NCBI RefSeq assembly: GCF_006345805.1
Contig: NW_021836014.1
Span: 1 to 25,907, forward strand
Length of the DNA: 25,907 bases
Direction: 5' to 3'
DNA from: Octopus sinensis
Lineage: Eukaryota
The notes under the pieces are model-generated. The model was given only the letters and a program-made list of their open reading frames with translations. It did not search any database and was not told where the DNA came from. Below, in pieces: positions 20,260 to 25,907 of this stretch. Both the position numbers and the translations under genes were made by a program. Each line of letters starts with the position of its first letter. Within the stretch, counting starts at the first letter, position 1.

Positions 20260-20613
20260 CAAGGGTTCTCAACCATTTCCCCCCCTATGGACCCTTTTAG
20301 TTACTATTTTACTCTGCTGGACCCTAATAAACATTCTATGATTAAAAAAAAGGTCCTATTATATTTTTATAATTAAATATTATTAGGATTTTCTTTTACT
20401 TGTTTCAGTCATTTGACTGTGGCCATGCTGGAGCACTACCTTTAGTCGAGCAAATCGACACCAGAGCTTATTCTTTGTAAGCCTAGTACTTATTCTATCG
20501 GTCTCTTTTGCCGAACCGCTAAGTTACGCGGACGTAAACACACCAGCATCGGTTGTCAAGCGATGTGGGGGGCAAACACTGACACAGATATATACGCACA
20601 TATACATATACAT

Positions 20614-20679
<66 letters not shown>

Positions 20680-21006
20680 TATACGACGGGCTTATTCCTG
20701 CTTCCGTCTACTAAATCCATTCACAAGGCTTTGGTCGGCCCGAGTCTATAGTAGAAGACACTTGCCCAAGGTGCCACGTAGTGGGACTGAACCCGGCACC
20801 ATGTGGTTGGTAAGCAAGTTACAGCCACTCCTGCGCCTATTGAATAAAAAAACAATTGTTAAAATATTTTGTGCATTCTAGAAGTATAACCAGTTTATCG
20901 CATAAATTTTAACAGCAAAATCTTATGTGGACCCCAAAGGGCCGTGGGGACCCCAAAGGGCCGTATGGACCCCAAAGGGCCATGTGGACCCGACTGAGAA
21001 CTACTG
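20260..21006. mobile_element. hAT (Charlie-like) MITE containing a nested family D SINE
   Basis: Left TIR CAAGGGTTCTCAACC (20260), degenerate right TIR GACTGAGAACTACTG (to 21006), subterminal 19-bp TGTGGACCCCAAAGGGCCG x3 (20926-20982); TSD decayed. Confidence 0.75.
20391..20838 (-). mobile_element. Family D SINE, full length
   Basis: Head AGGCGCAGGAGTGGCTGT at 20838, tail GACTGAAACAAGTAAAAG at ~20391. Confidence 0.9.
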
Positions 21007-21250
21007 GTTTAACGGAACAAATCGACTCCAGTACTTAATGTACTTGGTGTCTGATCTATCAGTGTCTTTTGTTGAAGTGTTGAGTCATCAAGCTGTGAGG
21101 AGGAAACAGAAGCAAAAAGACACAAATATAAATGCTATCAAATTCCTCACAAAGCATTGATCAGTTCAAAACTAAAATAGAAGACACTTGCTCAAGGTTC
21201 CACTCAGTGGGATTGAACTCAGAACCATGTGGTTGGAAAGCGAGCTTTTT
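21007..21250 (-). mobile_element. Old, highly diverged D-like SINE (5' and middle part; its tail is at ~20200-20259 beyond the hAT MITE)
   Basis: AAATCGACTCCAGTACTTA...GAAGACACTTGCTCAAGGTTCCACTCAGTGGGATTGAACTCAGAACCATGTGGTTGG aligns by eye to family D. Confidence 0.65.
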
Positions 21251-21304
21251 GTTCACTGTATCAATGAGCAGTGATAATTGTTTTTCTTTTATTTGGGTGA
21301 GCAG

Positions 21305-21680
21305 TCATAAGACCGGTGAACACTCATAAGACCGGTGAACACTCATAAGACCGGTGAACACTCATAAGACCGATGAACACTCATAAGACCGGTGAACACT
21401 CATAAGACCGCTGAACACTCATAAGACCGGTGAATACTCATAAAACCGGTGAATACTCATAAGACCGGTGAAAACTCATAAGACCGCTGAACACTCATAA
21501 GACCGGTGAACACTCATAAGACCGCTGAACACTCATAAGACCGGTGAACACTCATAAGACCGCTGAACACTCATAAGACCGGTGAATACTCATAAAACCG
21601 GTGAATACTCATAAGACCGGTGAAAACTCATAAGACCGGTGAACACTCATAAGACCGGTGAACACTCATAAGACCGGTGA
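21305..21680. repeat. 19-bp minisatellite TCATAAGACCGGTGAACAC, 19 full units + 1 partial
   Basis: Exact 19-bp period, no spacers; variant units show higher-order duplication. Confidence 0.97.
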
Positions 21681-21744
21681 CACAATTTCCATGAGGTCTA
21701 AATCATGGAAAGCAGAGCATTGTGGAGAACGGAGCACTTGGGTT

Positions 21745-21957
21745 TTGTAGAATTCAGGGCCAGTAATTTTCGGGGAATGGGGACAAGTCGACAACATCGA
21801 TCCCAGTATTTTATTGGGACTTTATTTGATCGACTCTGAAGGGGCGAAATGTAAAGTTGACTTCGGCGGGATTGTGAACATAGAACGTAAAGATCCGGAA
21901 GAAATGCCGCTAAACATTTTGTCCGACGTGCGAACGGTTCCGTCAGCTCACCGCCCT
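21745..21957 (-). mobile_element. Family E SINE, diverged
   Basis: Minus: GGGCGGTGAGCTGACGGAACCGTTCGCACG...GTTCACAATCCCGCCGAAGTCAACTTTAC... Confidence 0.75.
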
Positions 21958-22215
21958 ACATACATACATTTATACATATCAGTGTGTATATGTATATGCG
22001 TACATATAAGAAAATAAAATAACAAAGGAATAAATGGTTAGTTTATGGCAGAAACAACTGTGAGCTAATGAAATGCTCATAAGGTAATCATTTATTCCTT
22101 CGTCATCTCATCTAATTACCGCTCTATACTCGATTAACGCTTCATTCTGAAACATATGCATATTGAGTTCTACCCCAGGTTATCAGACTCACAATGTCTA
22201 TGTGAAATATGTATA

Positions 22216-22267
<52 letters not shown>

Positions 22268-22271
22268 CGTC

Positions 22272-22570
22272 TGGAGGCGCAATGGTCCAGGGGTTAGGGC
22301 AGCGGACTCGCGGTAGTAGGATCGCGGTTTCGATTCCCAGACCGGGCCTTGTGAGTGTTTATTGAGCGAAAACACCTAAGGCTTCAGGGGATGGTGGCGA
22401 TCCCAGCTGTACTTTTTCGCCACAATTTTCTCTCACTCTTTCTTCTGTTGGCCTGCTCGCTTAGCCAGCGTGGTGGCGTCATTTGAAGGCTAAAACAATG
22501 CGCTGCGCATTGTGACCAGCGATGTGTAGCAACATCTGATACCCTGGTCGGTGACGGTGATCACGGTGAT
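22272..22570 (+). mobile_element. SINE with family A head/body but a different tail (tail Z)
   Basis: Matches family A up to CTGTTG (22445-22450), then GCCTGCTCGCTTAGCCAGCG...GTGACGGTGATCACGGTGAT-(AT)n. Confidence 0.88.
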
Positions 22571-22767
22571 ATATATATATATATATAAAATAATTTTTTG
22601 CGTAATAAGATAAATTCTTAAATACACGCGCTGACATATAATCAACGTTGAACCCCTTATTCGCAAAATTACCAAATCTGGAACTTAACTATAGTCTGTC
22701 TATAGAGCACTTATTCAGCATTATCTGACACCTTTGGGTCTCAATGAGACATTATCTCTTATATTAT

Positions 22768-22824
<57 letters not shown>

Positions 22825-23349
22825 GATATATTAGAAAATGAAGAAAACCATTTTCTCTCATTTTCTAATTATTTGCATTGGTTCCTGATAAACTCTTGTT
22901 TAACCTGTTGCTACCTGCACTCTACGTGTATGGTGTGCCTGCATACCATTGCCCGGGGTTAATACAGGTATCGGGATATCGATAGTACATACGAACATTT
23001 TATCCCTTGGTCGGCTACCATAACCGCTAAATCTGTTTACATATATATATATTTATTCATATATATATATACACATACGTGTGTGTATTTGTGGTGTGTG
23101 TTTGTGTGCGTGTTAAAATTGTACGTTCAAACTATTCTCATATTTCTTTATATTCGCTGCATTATTTTTATATATTAAAGCTGATTAAAGAAAAAATAAA
23201 GAAGAATGTGTTGTCAGAAACCACGTTGTTTTTCATTCTATTTTAATGCAAAATTTTCAAAAGATATTGAAATATTAGAGTTTATTTACAGTTATTATTA
23301 AATTTTACTTATATTGACTTTTATCTTGCGCTCATCATATAAATTACAG

Positions 23350-23361
23350 TTTTCTTACCGT

Positions 23362-23403
<42 letters not shown>

Positions 23404-23730
23404 TGCTCTTTTCCTCTAATATATATATATACATATACACACTGAAACAGTGAATAATGCAACTATGAATTAAATATGTGTGTGCGTGTGTGTGTGCATG
23501 TATATATATGTGTGTGTGTCTGTGTATGTGCGTAAGAGTGTGTGTGTGCGTGTGTGTGTGTATGCGTGTGTGTGCGTGTGTGTGCATGCATATATATATA
23601 TATACATATATAAACGTACATATACATGTATTTATATACACATACGTACATACATATATATACATGTGTGTGTATGCGTGTAAGAGTATGTGTGAGTGTA
23701 TGCGAGTGTGCGTGTGTGTGTGTGTGTATA
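23350..23730. repeat. (CA)n/(TA)n/(TG)n microsatellite field
   Basis: Directly visible. Confidence 0.9.
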
Positions 23731-24631
23731 TTTTTACTGTGGGCAATTTATAATGATGGCTACTGCTCTTAAGTATCAATAGAAAAATATTGACTCTTCT
23801 CAGGGAAAGCAGAAAAGTAAAAATTAAAATTCCCACTCATCAGCAATGAATTTTTGGAATGAAAGATTTGAAAGCCAACATACTTTTAATAAATCATAAA
23901 AGCATTCTCCTGTTGGTCATACAATAGAAAATATTTATCGTTTCTTTATTATTTACAGGGACGTTTATTTTATTTTATTTTATTTTTGCCTATTTTTGTT
24001 TATTTTGCTCAGTGCTAAGCAATTTGAAACATGGAATCTTTCTCCTCTCCACGCGCGGGCGACGCAGGTTGTGCATAAATAATTTCGACTTTGAAAAATG
24101 GCTGGGCTGCTCTATCGTTGCTGTTGCATAATCCATGCAAGTGTTGCGTAAATTTCAAGCATCTCATACATAATTAGGAAGACAAGATAGGTATCTTTCC
24201 TTTCGATACAGTTAAGAATGGATCTCGGGTCTATTTCCTGGACGACTGTATAAGGGTATCAAAGTGAAAGTGTATCAGTTTTTTTGTTTGTTTTGTTGTT
24301 GAAAAGTTTGTCACCGTCTTCTTCAAAACCGAGCATCTTGCAGTTAATATCTAGATTTCGGACTTTGCCTCCTTGTTACCAGTTTCCCATATAATTTCAA
24401 AATGTAGTTGCTTAATGAAACCCTGGAGCGGCTTTAGGGTTCATCCTGTCTTGTGGCGACCATTTGATTCGACAAAAATATCTACAGAGATTGGGAACGA
24501 AAAACCAAATGGAATTAAATGGAAACAATTTCTTTCAGCTGGCTTCAAGCGTCCGTCAAGTATGAAGAAACCTTTCCATGAAATTTCTTTGCGTTTATCG
24601 TGCCCATCTTTAACTTAAATTTTTTTCAATT

Positions 24632-24695
<64 letters not shown>

Positions 24696-24716
24696 ATACA
24701 TATATACATATGTATG

Positions 24717-24755
<39 letters not shown>
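24632..24755. repeat. (TATC)n followed by (TA)n
   Basis: Directly visible. Confidence 0.95.
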
Positions 24756-24757
<2 letters not shown>

Positions 24758-24773
24758 ACATACACACATACAT

Positions 24774-25191
24774 AGGAACAGGAGTGGCTGTGTGATAAGA
24801 TGCTTACTTCTCAACCACATGGTCCCGGGTTCAGTCCCACTGCGTGGCACCTTGGGCAAGTATCTTCCACTATAGCCTCGGGCCGACCAAAGCCTTGTAA
24901 ATGGATTTGGTAGACGGAAACTGAAAGAAGCCCGTCGTATATATATGCATAAATATGTATGTGTGTGTGTGTTATTTGTGTCTGCGTTTGTCCCCACCGC
25001 CATCCCTTGACAACCGATGTTGGTGTATTTACGTCACCGTAACTTAGCGGTTCGGCAAAACAGACCGATAGAATAAGTACTAGGCTTACAAAGAATAAGT
25101 CCTGCGGTCGATTTGTTCGACTAAAGGTGGTGCTCCAGCATGCCCGTAGTCAAATGACTGAAACAAATAGAAGAATAAAAGAATAAAAGAA
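24774..25191 (+). mobile_element. Family D SINE, full length
   Basis: Same head, CTTGGGCAAG core, short internal microsatellite, tail GGTGCTCCAGCATGCCCGTAGTCAAATGACTGAAAC + (GAATAAAA)n. Confidence 0.92.
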
Positions 25192-25242
25192 TATATATAT
25201 ATATATATATATCAGTTTTTTATGTTATAATAAAAATAATAG

Positions 25243-25363
25243 GAGAGACCACTATGTGGAACCCTTATATGCTAAAAATAGACGTCAAACCGTCTTACCA
25301 CGAAATCTGGTAAGACTGACGTCTATTTTTAGCATCCAAGGGATCCACAGAGTAGTTTCTCTC
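25243..25363. mobile_element. Fold-back (palindromic) MITE-like element
   Basis: Perfect 19-bp arms 25269-25287/25317-25335 and 9-bp arms 25292-25300/25308-25316, 7-nt loop, imperfect outer arms GAGAGACC.../...TTTCTCTC. Confidence 0.65.
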
Positions 25364-25907
25364 GTTGCTTATAATGAAACAGAATTCACAGTCCTCGGAC
25401 GTTTTTTAAGTATGCTGGCCACTAGTTGAAATTGACATCATTTAATAATATTATTTAATTACATTAATTTCTACTCTTATTATATAATAAAAACATTTTT
25501 ACAATAAAATGAAGGATCACTCAATACATTTGGTAGAGTACAGATTCATTATTGCTGTGTCTTCGAAGTTTCGGCCAGCTACATTCACGTTTAGCTTTGA
25601 ATGTGGGGAAAAGAAAGTACTTAATACCATAGCAGAAGTTAATAACACATTGTATTTTGATTGAGTCAGTCTGTTGTTCTTAATATTCTGAGTTTCCTCT
25701 GTGAGTGTGCAAGCTCTTCAGGCAAATTACGTGTATGTATATATATATATACACACATATATATATAAAGAAAATCGAGAAAATGGAAATATATTTCAAC
25801 CTTTAGTTGAATATATATGTGTGTGTGTGTGGCGTGTGTGGTGTATTACTATATATATATATATATATAAGTTAACAATTAAGGATATTCTTATAAGGGA
25901 TCTTAAC

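Noticed and set aside
21305-21680. CRISPR array
   Set aside because: Contiguous 19-bp units with no unique spacers, no cas genes, eukaryotic context.
24300-24618. Second ORF1-like coding remnant (KFVTVFFKTEHLA...)
   Set aside because: Similarity to the 13270-13570 peptide is too weak to distinguish from chance by eye.
25555-25600. Minus-strand hammerhead-like ...GCTGGCCGAAAC
   Set aside because: No acceptable CUGANGA core, and stems I and II do not pair.

Overview
This is AT-rich, microsatellite-saturated eukaryotic DNA, very likely from an octopod cephalopod. That assignment is an inference from the tRNA-derived SINE families and the (TA)n/(TAA)n/(CA)n load. I found no host protein-coding exon, rRNA, tRNA gene or CRISPR array that I can support, and nearly all track ORFs are microsatellite translations. 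The window is a transposon graveyard. It holds a half mariner (1646-2403), a decayed Helitron Rep/Pif1-helicase ORF split by two SINEs (6926-9652), a non-autonomous Helitron with both termini (13070-14254), and 3' ends of an R4/Dong-type LINE (4703-5019) and a CR1-group LINE (18205-18712). It also holds a hAT MITE and about 20 SINE copies or fragments built from shuffled head, body and tail modules. Best leads: (1) three different minimal type-I hammerhead-ribozyme-like motifs with non-canonical cores in short (TA)n-abutting, Penelope-like repeats in the first 1.5 kb; (2) a SINE tail and a CR1-type LINE tail sharing a covarying stem-loop; (3) SINE module swapping at a common GTTG junction; (4) a stack of elements in (TAA)n arrays; (5) a Helitron 3' end that is a near-palindrome with CTAG in both orientations. 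All calls come from reading by eye; no database search or folding was run. The classes of phenomena are known, so novelty is only plausible at the family or variant level.
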